A stretch of DNA of 64,000 nucleotides. It comes from Takakia lepidozioides (taxonomy: Eukaryota; Plantae; Bryophyta). Below are positions 38,203 through 51,965 of the stretch, piece by piece. Under the pieces are notes generated by a model. The model saw only the letters and a list, made by a program, of their open reading frames with translations, was not told where the DNA came from and made no database searches. The stretch is taken from positions 42,594,001-42,658,000 of the forward strand of contig CM060731.1 of assembly GCA_030704615.1 (NCBI GenBank). The letters are read 5' to 3'. Position 1 is the first letter of the stretch. The number at the start of each line of letters is the position of its first letter. The position numbers and the translations under genes are program-made.

Positions 38203-41200
38203 TTGAAAAGACCTCTATCTTCCAGTGGTTCTACGATCTTGCATGAGGACAGACCAGGCGAGGACCTGGCACCAGTGTCTACCAAGATGAGGATGGACCC
38301 TGATACACCCTTTGCTGGAGATGGTGGAAATGAAGACCATGCACATGAGCATGCACTTCAGCAGAGATCTGGTAGATTGTGCAGCACGTTGGCTACATCC
38401 AACGATATTCAAAAATGGCAGAAAGAGATTAGAGCCGTTGAAAGGAAAATCTCTGCAGAAGGACGATGTGACAAGTTTGAGCTGATGACAAAGGATCAAC
38501 AAGGACAAGCAATGTTCCACATATGGTGTGTTGAGTGTGAGGATGTTTATACACGGTCTGGGAAAAACAAACCATATGATGCATGTGCAAACTTTATGAG
38601 ATCTCATTTGAGGAGTGAGGGGCATCGCATAGCCTATGAGAGGCGTCATGGGAAGGGTTCATCACAATAAGTCATCAGCCCTGTAAATGCAGATGAAGCA
38701 TTAGACGCAAAGAAGAACAGGGTGAAGGAGGCATTAGAGGAAGTCGCTCGGTTTTGTGAGGACAATCCTGGAAACAGATTTGAGATTGTGGAAGCCACAA
38801 TTGGAGACTATTCGCAGTTGGGTTCCATAAGGATTAGGTGCCCACTTGATTCGAAGTGGCTACTCTTGTTTCCAAGGACAGGTTCTTTGCAATCTTCTTT
38901 GACAGAGCATGTGAAAGGAAAAACTCATATCGATGTAGAGATTTGCCAGAAGGTTGAAAGTAGTGAAGGACCTTGCAAAAAGAGAGGAAGGCCTCCAAAG
39001 CCTATGATTGCCAAAGATGTAAAGCAACGGGATCTAAGCTCTTTCTTGGTCAGTCAACCTGTGTTGCCGTCCCCACCACTTGACAATCCAATTGTGGTAT
39101 CAACAATGGGAGCATCCTCGTCACAAACTCCATACGCTTATATTGACGCTGCCCAACGGGGAGATCTGATCGAGGATTGACAATTACAGCAAAGGTCCCA
39201 ATGCAACAAAGGAAGAGACAGTTTGTGTTGGGGCCTATGGGATGAATGGTGGGAGTACAACCAGCAGAGAATAAGTCTGAAACCATTCCTTCAAGATAGC
39301 AAGGGAGGAAAGAAGTGGTATGTCGAGCCGTTGACAAATGCAACCATCACTCTAAACAATCAAGAGCATAAGGTTGTTGGTACGTTTCGGCACGCGGATT
39401 GTTTTAGAGTGTCATTGGATGGGGAGCCATTTCCAAACTTGAGATGTTCAACATGTTCTTCCATTCCCTTGGAAAATGACTTCAGAATGAGGGTATATAG
39501 AGAAAGAGGTGCCATGGAATGTAGAGGGGAGAGAGATACTGGCAAGGGAAGAAGGTTGTCATATCTTGGAAATGCGGAGATTGTCAAACAAGTTTACAAA
39601 AACAGACAGGAGTTGAGGCAGTTGAGGTTCAAATTGTGGGAGGCCAGGACCAAAGTGGCATCCTTGTCTGTGCGATGTAGGAGTTTGAAGGAGTCTGGGA
39701 TTGAGGCAATTGAAAGAGGAGATGTTCTCAAATTTTGTCGTGATATTGTTGATGCACATAGGAGGGGGGATTTTGAAGGGAAAGAAAGTTTGTGGGATTT
39801 TCTTGTTGATATGGGCAAGAATATTGACAGGTCTCCACAAGGGAAGAGGTATGGTACTAGCACAAAAACAATGTTTGAGACTGTGTAGCTTTGGGGGGGT
39901 CCGAGATTGCATCATTTTTTGGCTTCAAATGTGGGGGGTCCTTCTATTGATACTACAAGACGGTCTTTGAGGAAAGGTTTGAAGTATAGAGCGGGAGAAA
40001 CGGATGATATATTTCAGCATGTGGCTGGAATTTACAGAGATGTGATGGAAGATGCAAATATGCCATTGGGAAGCATCCCAGTGATGGTGGCCGAAGATGA
40101 AATTGTTGTGAAGCGATTGGTACGTTGGATTGCTAGGGATGACACCTTTCTCGGGTTTTGTGGGCTTCAAGACAACCATGTATGTATTTCAAATTTTGTG
40201 GTGCAAGTGGGAGAAGGGGAATCAGGGTACAAACATATTGTGGAGGCATTCAAAAACAATGTGGTTGCCCATTATGCTAGAGTGTTGATAGCAAATCCTC
40301 TACATGTACGGTTACCTCGATTGGTATTGGTAATCCAGCTCACTTACAATAGATTTGACAACAATTTTGTGAGATCACAATGGGAAGTGGTGAGACAGTT
40401 GTGGGACAAATATGTGAGGGACGTGGTTGGGCCTATAATTGGGCATGCTTCAGACGGAGATAGTAGGAGGAGAAAAGTGATGTTAGAAGATTATGCCAAT
40501 GGGGCTGGAAGTAGATTTTGCATCCCTTGGGAAGGATGGTTGTTTACAGGTCGAGTGTGCAACGGGGGAGATATATACGGACTCCATGATCAGGACTTCA
40601 TCCACAATGGGAAAAAATTGGTAAATCCCTTGGACAGTGCATCACGGACTTTGGTGTTGGGTGATGAGGTTGCTACATTGAATCATGTGTTATTGGTCTA
40701 CCATTCATTTTCAGTGGACAAGCATGGACTTCGGGAATGTGATATCAAAAGAAAAGATCGACAGAATTGGGCAGCAGCTCAACGACTGGCATCTCGGAAG
40801 GTGCAAGCTTGTTTGAGGGAGTTACAATCAACTGTGAATCATCGAAGAGAGAGGACCAAAGGTACTGAAATTTACCTATACATCATTTCATGCTACATCG
40901 ACATTTTTTTGTCTCCTCACATGTCATTGTGTGAGAGGGTACAATCTGCTGCGAAGGTATCATTTTTTTCAGATTGTGGAAGTTGTGGCTATTCCACCAC
41001 GAGGTGTATAATCTGAAATCCTTCTTCATTAGCAGGGAAGCATACTTGGATTTACAAATTTCATGCCACTACGTGGTTCTACTTATCAAATTGTTCAAGG
41101 ATAAGTTTAATCATGTGCAAGTTCCTTTGAGCCTTGTTGGTTCAGATGTGTGTGAAATATTCTTCAGCAAAGTGGGAGGTATGTTACGGAATGAGAGGAC

Positions 41201-42370
41201 ATATGACGGGTGTGATTTGATTGAGAGTGCGGGAGCATTAACACGCATATCCGAGTTCGAGGCGAATCCAAAAGGACCCAAGTTCTCAAGAGCTCACAAG
41301 AAACAAGAACACATATGGTCTTCTTTGGAGAAGAAGCCAGGTATCCCCCTTGCTGATTTGTCCGACTTTTCTACTGTCCAATCGGATGATTGCATTGTGG
41401 AGGCTTTGAAAACTGGATTTCTAGAAGCGCAACTTTTATGCCATAAACCTGGGATGAAACCAAACAAAGCAACAAACTTAACAAAGCAACAAACTTGGAT
41501 TGGTGGAATGAGCCATGGACAATTGAGAGACAAATGGAGGCGGAGCTATTCAAAAGCATGGAAGAGGAGGGTGATGATGTCGATGCCATAGATTCTATTT
41601 GTCCTCTTAATGCAGACACACATATTCAAAATGAGGTCGTGGAAGATGAATTGGTGTGCGGGCCTTCGAATTCAATGGAGGATGTTTTGAACCAACCTTT
41701 GGATGATCATGCGGAAGAGGTACTTGTTCAAAGTGAATTGAGACATACTCTGGATGCTGTCATTGATGAGTTTGAACAAGAGAAAGATGGATCGAAGGCA
41801 GTGGTTCCATTTGTCAAAGTAGACGAGAATACCATATTCAAAAGCACTTTGGTTAGCCAACTCAATGGCAACCCTACTCTATCCAAGGATAGATTGACAC
41901 GAGTAAGAAGTGCATCGATGTTGTTTTGCCGAGAAAACAAACCAACTACCAACAACAAAGCCACGAGCTTGGGATTGGGTTCGGATTGTGCTGTATTTTT
42001 TGTTGATGGGGAGACTGCGATCCAAACTACAAACAGGAAAGGTAGACCAGGGAAAACCTGCAGAGGAGCAACCAAAGGCACTTGGTATTTGGGCAGGGTT
42101 CAAAGAATGCGGAAGAAAATCAATAAGCGGTTTGTAGAATGTAGGGATTCTGTTGATTTATTGGAGCGTCCTTCTCATATGGAGATTGGGTTAGCATGGT
42201 ACCAAAAAATTCGAGGAGGGGTCTATACGTACGATTTGACGGATAACATGATGGTTGATTTGGATTCCATTATCGCGTTAGCATGTTTAAAGTACAATGT
42301 CAAGTCAAACACATATGTTCTTGATGCAAATGACCGAAAAGTCTTTGACAACTTTATCAAAGGCAAATAA
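38203..42370 (+). pseudogene. P-superfamily-like DDE transposase with N-terminal C2H2-type zinc fingers and AT-hooks, inactivated
   Basis: ORF pieces starting at 38203, 38722, 39223 and 39907 share one frame and are separated by single stops; frameshifts follow near 40970 and 41490. Motifs AEDEI, ASDGD, DFIHNGKKLVN, KDRQN and SDVCEIFFS parallel the P/THAP9 D, D, DxxHxxKxxxN and ExxFS signature. Also WCVEC..HLRSEGH and KKRGRPPKP. Confidence 0.75.
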
Positions 42371-45300
42371 TTTTTTTAATTAATTTGTTAGATTTTATTA
42401 TGTTTTAAATGAATAAATTCGATATAATATAAAAACATACGTATACATATTGGAGGGTTATTTTTAATGATGAAAAATGAGAATATACATACAGAAGGGG
42501 GTACTTTCCAAAAATTGTAAATTTTTGTATATTTGCAGGAGGGGATTTTATAATCTTCAAAAAGTATGTACAGAGGGGGTATAAATTATCCAAGGACCCG
42601 TATACAGGGGTTTTTTTTATTAGGCGACGAACGCACATGATACGCACAGCTTATAAAGAGTGCACCCCCCGGGCTTCCATTGCATGTCCGCCAAATTTGG
42701 GAACCTTTTCTATGCCCCTCAGCACTGGTTCGCTTCCATTCTCCACTCCTATCCCCCTAAAACTCATTCTTCTTTCTGAATTCTTTATGGAGCTCTCAGA
42801 TAGACCTGAAAATGCCTACTCAACCCTGATCTCATCTTCCGGAATTCAACCCTTCCCCCACCCTCTCTCTGGTCCTAATTTCCCCTCTACCCTGGTTTTA
42901 ATCATTCAACTCAGCGACCAGTCCTCAAAGCCCCTCCAAACCATAGATGGGTCACCTCACCCCTTCTTTCAGACAAGAGAACCAGGTTCAAATTCCACCA
43001 CAACAGGCCATCATTTGAGACTTACCCTCTCAGCCTACCTCGCCCCTCTGATGCAGATTAGTCTTCATTCCTGGAACATAAGGGGGATTGGGTCAGACCA
43101 CATGATCCTAAAAAAAATAAAGCTTCGAACCTGGCTGGCCCCCCTCCAGCAGGCAGATGCTTATGTGTTCCTTCAGGAACACAAACTCTGCCTGAGAAAG
43201 ATTTCGGGTCTCTCTGACCAGCTTTGGCCTTCCGCGGCGGCCCTCTGGAAGCCCTCACATGAAGGATCCAGAGGTGGCACTGCCATCCTTCTCTCTCCCT
43301 CACTTGTGCAATTCTTAGTTGCAGATGAGGTTTGGCTTCCGGGCCGTGTCCAATTCTGCTCCCTTAAGCTTCCAAATAACCCCGAACCCTTAGGATTAAT
43401 CAATATCTACGCTCCTAACACCCCTGCGGAACGCTCAAGCCTATGGCCGCTAATCAATCAGAAGATAAGTGCTCTTCCTGACTCTCACTCATGGGTAATG
43501 GCTGGTAGAAAATGCAAGTGACAGACTCGGTCTGGGCTCTTCAACCCTTAACCCGGACGAAGAAGATCATTAGCAATCTCTTCTGCAAAACCATAGTCTG
43601 TCTGAGATTGAAAGAGAACCCTCCCAAGAAGGAGTCAAATCCCTTCTTTACGTGGACCAACAATCGTTCTCTGCAGGACCTTTCCATGGCAAGACTAGAC
43701 CGCATATACACATCTCTCTCTCTAGCTAATGGAGCCTCCAGAATCCCCCAAGAGCCTATTGCACAAGGGTTTGATCATGCTTCTGTCTCGGCCAGCCTCT
43801 CCATGCCCAATGCAGAGAAGGAAAGGCAGGGGCATCTACAAGCTTAATTGCACTCACCTTCTAATCCCTTCTTTTAAGCAGGGGCTAGAATCCGCTTGGC
43901 TCCAAAGTGGAAACAATTTCCCCTGTCCCATCCGTGCATTCCAGGCCAAGCTGCAAGCTGCAAGTATTGCTAGTCAGGAAATGAGCAGAAAAATAGCATC
44001 TGAGCAAAAAAAGAAAGTTATCGCCTTTAAATATTTGTCAGAAGAAGATAGAAAGCTCTTCTTGTGATGATCACACCTTCCATACCTACCTCGAAGCTCG
44101 CCAAAACCTTGATAGTTTCCAGTTCCTCCAAGAACAAAAAATGCAGATGCAAGCTGGGATAAATTGGGCTGTTAAAGGGGAGAAGATGTCTAAATATTTC
44201 TTCGAAAAAGTCAAGCTCCGTAGATCCCTGCAAAGGATTCAACACCTCGTCTCTGATGGCCAGGGTTCCACAACTTCTGATCCTAGGCAGATGTGCAGTC
44301 TTGCGTTCTCACACTTTGCTTCACTATTCCAGGAAGATCCTAAAGACCCCGACTACTCTTCCAAGCTTCAAACATGTTTGCAGGCAATACCTTGTAAACT
44401 GGACCAATCAATCTGGCCCCTCCTTGAGAGAGATTTCAATGCTGAAGAGCTGGAATCTGCCCTTCAAAAAATGAGCAACAACAAAGCCCCTGGAATAGAT
44501 GGCATGCCGGTAGAGTTCTACAAGGCACTCTGGCCTACTATCTCCACAAATTTCTGTGATATGGCTAACAGGATCAAGACCAATAACCATATGCCGAAAC
44601 TTATGTCCGAGGGGGTGATAACACTTCTTTTCAAGAAAGGGGAAAGAGCTCTTATAGGCAATTACAGACCCATAACCCTATTGATGTGGCATATAAGATC
44701 ATAGCTAAAACCCTGGCCCTTCGCATTCAGCCTCTCCTCCCTGGTCTCATCAGAATAGGGCAGGCGGGTTTTGTCAAGGGCCGCTACATCTTGGATAATG
44801 TCCTTCTAGCGCAAGAAACATCCTCTTATGCCAAGGCTAACAACCAGGCTCTAGCTCTTTGACTTTTGGACTTTGAGAAGGCCTTTGACAGGGTTGACTG
44901 GACATTCCTCCTCGCAGTCCTCACAAAAATAGGAATCCCACCAGGTTACTGCCAATGGGTTCGCATTCTTCTTAACCACTCCACAAGCAGGGTAGTCATC
45001 AATGGGCACCTTTCCAAGCCTTTTTCTCTTCATAGGTCAGTGCGACAAGGATGTCCATTGGCACCATTCCTGTTCCTTTTCGTGGCAGACACTCTTGGCT
45101 ACCTTATGGACAAAAACAATGATGTGTTGGGTCTCAGAGTTAGGAATCCCAAGTCACATATGTGGATCCAAGTTAAAGACTCCATGTTTGTTGATGATAC
45201 ATTCCTCCTCCTTGATGCCACACCTTCCACCCTTCAAGCGGCGGAAAACACTCTCAACCAGTTTTGTGATGTCTCGGGGTTCAAAGTTAACTGGTCCAAA

Positions 45301-47031
45301 ACAAAAGCGCTCCTTGTGGGTGACTACTCTAAATCTACCATTGGAGTCACTCCAACATGGGGAGACAACATTGGTCTAGTCTGGTTAAAGCCAGGAGAGC
45401 CCACAACCCTATTGGGGCACATTTTTGGTATTGATCTTTCTGAGGACCAAAGAATGGGTCCTATCCTTGCTAGACTTAAAAAGCAGTTAGCTTACTGGGG
45501 CTCTCGCTTCCTCTCAATCACGGGCAGGGCCCTCACTGCAAACCAGATTCTCCTGGCAGGAATTTGGTTCTTTGCTTCCCTTTGGGGTCCTGATTCCATT
45601 TTTATTAATAAGGTCAAGCGCTGTGTTAGAAACTTCATCTGGGGAGCCCAAAATTATTCTCAAAACAAAAGGCCCCAAGTATCTTGGAAACAAATCTGTC
45701 TCCCCAAGAAGAAAAGTGATCTGGGGGTCCTGGACCCTGAAATGCAGATCCAAGCTCTTCTGGTAAGTGGCTCCCAAGATTCCTAGGACCTGAAGGGGGC
45801 TAGTGGAAACTGCTGGTAGAAGACTCTATTGCTTTTAGCTCTCCTCTCCTAAGCACCCACTGGAAACAATCTACAAGATGGATCACTCAAGGATTCAAAC
45901 ACAAATCCAAAGGCTCGCACCTCTGGAAATCTATTTGGAAAGCCTGGAAGTGCTTTAGACCTTTCTTAATCAAAATAGAGCCAAGTACTTACCAGGAAAC
46001 GATGAGGCAGCACCTATTCCTTAACCAACCAGACCCTTCCCATCTTCAAAAGTCACGAGCCAGGCGTTGGGCAGCATGGGAAACAAGAGGGTTCTCCCAG
46101 ATCAAGCACTTATGGTCTAGCTCTCCAGATTCCCTCTCCCAAGCCCTGGGTACAAAATAGGCTATCAGCAGGGATTGGGACAATTATCCAGAGTATACCG
46201 GATTCCTGGAAAATCATCTTGGGTCAAGGCAGTGAAATTTTTGAGGTGAACCACTGGATCATGACAACCAACCATCCTTTCTCCATCTTGTTCATTGCTG
46301 AAACAAACTCCCATTCAGTCTTGGGATATGGTTTCACTGCTGAACCTATCAATGGTTTCCTCTCTCTCTTCTCCAACCAGATGCTAGCTGTGGATAGAAA
46401 GGATGTGTTACCAGCTAGAATTTGCCACTGGTCTGCCCCCTCCAAGAACTTCAATCCTCTTGCTCCAGCGTAACAGCCCCTTCTCCCTTGGCTAATTGCC
46501 AATGTCTTTGCCTGGATTGGTGGGGGGCCTATCCAAGATCTTCAATTGGACCCAGCTGAATGGAAATGGAAAATGGGAGAAACTCAGTCTCAATTTTTTA
46601 CTTATTCTGCTAAAAAAACATATAGAGCCCTAAACAAGGATTCTTCAATGGCTACAAAATGGGACGACAAAATGGGGCCATGAGAGCTTTCAAGAGGAAA
46701 AGTGGGAGCTTATCTGGTCCTTAATATGGAAAAAGAATAAGCCAGTTAAAAGCAGCGCCTTCCTTTGGCAGATTGCAAATAGGGTACTTAAGGTTGGGCA
46801 GTACCTCAATTTCCAGGAGGTTCTTCTCTGCAATTGCTGCAATGTTGGTTTGCTAGAAACCTTGGAACACTGCCTTCTGTACTGCCAGGCTCCAGCTCTA
46901 ATATGGCCCTTTATAGAAAGCTTTTATGCATTATGGAACACCTTTCCAGTCAGCAATGTCGCCATTCTTTTAAACTATGATTCTAACTCTAAATCCCTAG
47001 CCTCAAAGTGTCCGGTCTTTGAGGCCCTCAG

Positions 47032-47682
47032 TGTCAAGGATGAGAATATGACTGAACACAAACAAGAGATAAGACTAGAGGTACAAGGCTAGACAAGAAG
47101 TCAAGGTCAGCATTGCCGAATGCCCGATGAGTAAATATGAATCAAAACGATCTTTATAACAATGAACAAGAGTACAAGATATTGGAACACGACTTGAATA
47201 CTGGAATGCTGGAAACTGGATTGGAGTACCAGATATTGGAAACTGGGCTAGGGTACTGGGAACTGGACTGGAGTACTGGGAACTAGAAACAAGAGTAGCT
47301 TGAACTGGTGTTGGCGAGACTGAAGAGTGTCCAGTTTCGCCTTCTATATATACTGGCTACTAAGAAGCTTCCCTAAGAAGCTTCCCCCGTGGAGGTTGTT
47401 TGCTGGAGAAGTTTCCAAGATTAAACAAAGGTTTCTTGATGGAGAAGCTTCCTTAAACAAATGAGGTATGTTGATGGAGAAGTTTCCTCCAAAGGAAGCT
47501 TCCTGAGCAGTTTCCAAGTTACTTTTGGTAATTTGGTAAACTCCCGGTAACTTGGTAAGTAATGGTAAATCATGGTAAATCATGGTAAATCATGATAAGT
47601 CATGGTAACTTCCGGTAACATGATAACTTGGTAACTTCTGGTATTTACTTCTGGTAAGTTTCTCTAGACTATGTCCGTGACA
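47032..47682 (-). repeat. 3' LTR of the chromovirus (651 bp), with the polypurine tract at ~47685-47695
   Basis: TGTCA...TGACA termini. Minus-strand GAGGAGGGGGTGA lies immediately before TGTCACGGAC. Short internal tandem repeats (tggtaaatca; gagtactgggaact). Confidence 0.85.
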
Positions 47683-50600
47683 TCACCCCCTCCTCTAGCG
47701 CCGAGTTCATCGAGGAGCGGTAAAATCTTGGACTTGCTTAGAGTTGGAGAAAATCCAAAATCCGGCGAATGGTACTTGCCAAGTATTCGGCTCTTCGTTC
47801 TTGACTCAAATGATTTATAGGTCCCTACAACCATCGATAGTGTCCAACACCTTGAACTTGGGACCACGCAGTGATTTGAGCATTCTAATTTTCGAAACTG
47901 CCTTCAAACATGATTTCGTTGCCTTCTGGGTCCGAAGCCTCAACCTCCAACAGAATTATCAGACTTTGAGTAGGCTCCACTTGCCGTCGTACGGAGTCCA
48001 GACGAGGAAGTACGCGTCGCATTGGTGGCCCATCGTCTCGAGAGCGTCGGAGTGATGTTGAAGGTCGTGAGAGTCGGAACGGCTGATCTGGTAGCTGGGT
48101 AAGCGACAACTCCAATGTATCTGGTTCCTGCGACTCCATACTGCCAATACAAGATGCAAGAGTGCTGGAAGAGTAGCTATATATATTGATGTGTGGTGCT
48201 CCTCCCTTCTTAGCGTGTATCAGGTACATTGAATGTGGAGTCTTCACCTTGAAGCTAACTTGGCTGACATCATCGTTGTGACGTCTTATTGACGTGTAGC
48301 TCGGGGCTTAGCTGTATATCGTTGATGAAACTCTTGGACTTTGTCAGATGCATTGACGAGGTTGGATGAAGGTTCCCACGTTCGTTCGCTGATGTCGTAG
48401 TCTTTTCAATGTACGAAATACTCAAGACGTTTATACTTGATGCGAGAGTCTAGAACTTCGTCGACTTTATACTCAACCTGATTGACTTCGATTGGTGGAG
48501 GTGGTACGGAAACTCTCCCTGGAATATTCGATGGATGATACAACTCCAATCATGAAACATGAAAGACTGGATGGATACGAATACTTCGTGGGAGTTCAAG
48601 CCAAAAACTGACCGGATTTATTTGTCGAATAATTTTGAATGGGCCCAGGCGTTGATAATCCAACTTCCTTGATGGTCGCGAGGTTTGTATGTCCCGTCGA
48701 AGAAGCCACACACGATCTCCGACCTTGAACTGGGGTTGGAGTTGGCGACATTGATCTGCATACTCCTTGTATTGTTTTTGAGCTTCTACGAGGTGGAATG
48801 TAAGCTCCTTGTGAATCGTAGCAAGATGAGTAGCAAGGTTTTCTGCAGCAGGGCTTCCAACAGTCTTCATGTGGAAAGGGTTTGCTCGAGGATGATGACC
48901 ATAATTGGAGAAAAATGGAGTTTGTTGGGTCGAAGAATGTATAGTGTTGTTGTAGGCAAACTCAGCCAATGACAGAAAGTCCGTCCAATTATCTTGGTGA
49001 TAATTTATCGTACAACGAAGATACTGCTCCAAAATCTGGTTTACACGTTCGGTTTGACCATCAGTCTGTGGATGATTAGCTGTAGAGAGGTTGATCTTAG
49101 TATCCAATATGTGAAATAATCCCCTCTAATAATCCCCTCCAATAGTCTGTGGTCCTCGATAAGATACGATGTCCTTCGGGAGTCCATGAATGCGGTAGAT
49201 ATTATTGAGGAAGAGTCTTGCAGTTTCCTCGCCGGTAACCGTCTTATTACATGGAATGAAATGTGTCATATTCGTAAAACGATCTACAATAACAAGGATT
49301 GAATCGGTGGTCTTGGAAATTGGACGGTCCGTAATAAAGTCCATAGACACGGACGACCATGGACCCTTGGGAATGGGTAATGGTTGAAGAAGGCCGTAAG
49401 GTTGATGTCGTGGTCCCTTCGCTCTAATACGCGTGTCACAAGATTTTATAAATTCTTTCACAAGTTTCCACATCTGCGGCCACCAACAGTCCCTGGATAT
49501 CAACTCCAATGTTTTGTTGAAGCCTCCTGCAGCCGGAAGATCATGACATGTTTGAAGAATTCGAAGTCGTGTAGGTTCTGGAGGTACATAGAGAAGTCCC
49601 TTGAAATAAAGTAAGTCATCTTTGAACTCGAAGTCGTTTGTAACATGTGGGTTGTCTCGAGGTCGATTTAGTAGACTTCGTAGTGTCATAGCAAATTGGT
49701 CGCTCTTCAGTGCTTCCTGAATCTCCTTTATGATTTCGGCATCGTCATAGGTGGACATGGATAACATATTCAATTGGAGATTTGTTGGTTTCAAGATGAT
49801 GGATTTCTGTTGGTCAAAAGCTGCATCCCCTTCCTTTGGCGCAAGATACGATCGTCGAGAAAGAGCATCTGGTTTTTCTTGAAGGTCCGGGACGGTAGAT
49901 AATAACAAAATCAAACCTTGCTAGTGACATACTCCATCTCGCTTGACGTGGATTCAAAACACGAGCACTCATAAAATATTCGAGGTTTTTGTGATCGGTA
50001 TAGACAATAACCTGATGTTTTAGCTTCATCTAATAGATGATGCAACTCCTCAAAAACATCGATAATCGCTAGAAGTTCTTTGTCATGGATTTCATAATTG
50101 ATCTCCGCAGCGGAAAATTTGCAAGAACGAAAACCAACAGGGTGGAGTCGGTCATCTGTACCGTATTGTGAGAGTACCGCGTCAAGTGCAAAGTCCGATG
50201 CATCTGCTTCTAAGAGGAATGGTTTAGATGGGTCTGCATGTACCAGTATTGGAACCATTGTAAATGTCTACTTCAGTCTTTCAAATGCCTGGTCAGCCTT
50301 CTCGTCCCATACAAATTTGTCATTTCCTGTGAGTCGTGTCAATGGTGCAGCAATTTTGGAGTAGTCATTGATGAAGATTCTATAGAAATTTGCAAAACCC
50401 AGAAAACATTGTACATCTCGGACCGAAGTTGGTTTAATCCACTCGATGATGGTTTGTATTTTTTTCTAATCCATAAAGACGCCTTTGTCGGATGTAATGT
50501 AGCCCAGAAATTCGACCTCAGATTGATGGAAAAGACATTTCTCCAACTTGACATATAGTCATCTTTCTCTTAATTTATCAAGGACAAGGCGTACATGGCG

Positions 50601-51627
50601 GCCATGTTCTTCTTCGTTCTGTGAAAATATCAAAATGTCGTCCAAATAGATGACTACAAAGTCATCTAAAAATTCTCGAAAGATGTCATTCATCATATGT
50701 TGGAAAATTGCTGGAGCATTTGTAAGACCGAAAGACATAACACTGTATTCAAAATGTCCATATTTTGTTCGAAAAGTTGTTTTCCATTCGTCTCCTTCTT
50801 TTATCCGTACAAGGTTATAAACTCATCTCAAGTCGATTTTGGTGAAAATCTTCGCTCGTCCCAGCTGGTCAAGAAGCCCAGAAATCAGCGGCAACGGATA
50901 ACGATTTTTTATTGTGACTTTGTTGAGACCGCGATAGTCGACACACATGCGTAATGATCCGTCCTTCTTTTTCACAAACAAGATAGGCGCCCCCGCGGGT
51001 GATTTTGAATGTCAGATGAAGTGCTTTGACAAATTTTCATCAATGTATTCGCGTAATGCAGCTAACTCCGTCTTGGATAAGTTATAGATTGGATCGAATG
51101 GTGGTTGGGCTCCTTCTTGTAACTCAATTGCACAGTCATAAGGTCGATGTTCTGGCAATATGTCTGCATTTTTCTTCTCGGAGACATCTTTGAAATCTTG
51201 ATATTGAGCTGGTAATGTTGAAGTATCTTTGTCTGTTGTGGTCTTGATCGGAGTCGCATAAAGTGCAAATGCCGCCTCTTTTTTGGTAGCTCTCATGAAG
51301 GCTCTAGCTCCAAGAAACAGGGGTTGAATACCTTTGGTACTTTTGCATTTTTGTCTTGCCGAATTTTTTCGTGATTGCCAGTCGATGTCAGGATTATGAA
51401 GTACAAACCAGGGAAGTCCAAGTATCACAAGATTCGATGAAGACTGGATGTCATTGAAAACAATCTGTGATGCTTGATTTTTAAGCTTCACTTCAAGGGG
51501 TCGAGTTTCATGGTCAACATTTCCTGATGCTAACGATCGTCCATCGATAACTTCAACAGGGGCCGAGAATTTCTTTCTTACGAGCATTAAATTGTGTTGC
51601 TTCACAAAATCTTTGTCAATAAAACAC

Positions 51628-51965
51628 TGTCAAGTTAAATAAACACAGTGTGAAACTAACTAGAATAAATCTAGTTATTTGTATTTAATACTTGAATTTA
51701 GTTCAAGTGTTAAGTCAGGTGTCAAGTTTAGTTTGACACGAGAGCGTCAGTCGTGCGGCTCATCTCTCTCGAGTTGAGCGTGCACGACCGAGCTCCTTCA
51801 CTGTTTAGAATCTGAGTGTGCTTATGAAGGGAGCATAGGTTGTTGTGGGGTGGAGTCCCCATAGCTTGGGGTGCCCCTGGCTTGACTACTAATTTAAAGA
51901 GTGATGAGTGATGGTGTTGGATTTCATGTTCTTGTATCAACAGTGTGTTTTTAGTTTCTTATCAC
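51628..51965 (+). repeat. Terminal repeat block B, copy 1
   Basis: Matches 62423-62787 apart from scattered substitutions and short indels. Confidence 0.92.

Larger units (their letters stand above)
34151..42673 (+). mobile_element. Cut-and-paste DNA transposon, P-element-like, 8523 bp
   Basis: Perfect 16-bp TIRs CCCGGGGGGTGCACTC (34151-34166) and GAGTGCACCCCCCGGG (42658-42673). 8-bp TSD CTTCCATT at 34143-34150 and 42674-42681. Encodes a DDE transposase. Confidence 0.93.
30960..47031 (+). mobile_element. L1-clade LINE, decayed, split by a DNA transposon and cut at its 3' end by an LTR element
   Basis: Pyrimidine-rich 5' region. ORF1 fragments with RRM/DUF4283-like GKGFFSIMLES and zinc knuckle CYLCGQTGHLRVHC (~32749-32790). 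ORF2 fragments 43051-47031: endonuclease SWNIRG/FLQEHK/NIYAP/RLDRIY/DH, RT KAPGIDG/NYRPITL/DFEKAFDRV/RQGCPLAP/FVDD, and terminal zinc finger C..C...ETLEHCLLYC. Many stops and frameshifts. The 5' boundary is approximate. Confidence 0.9.
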
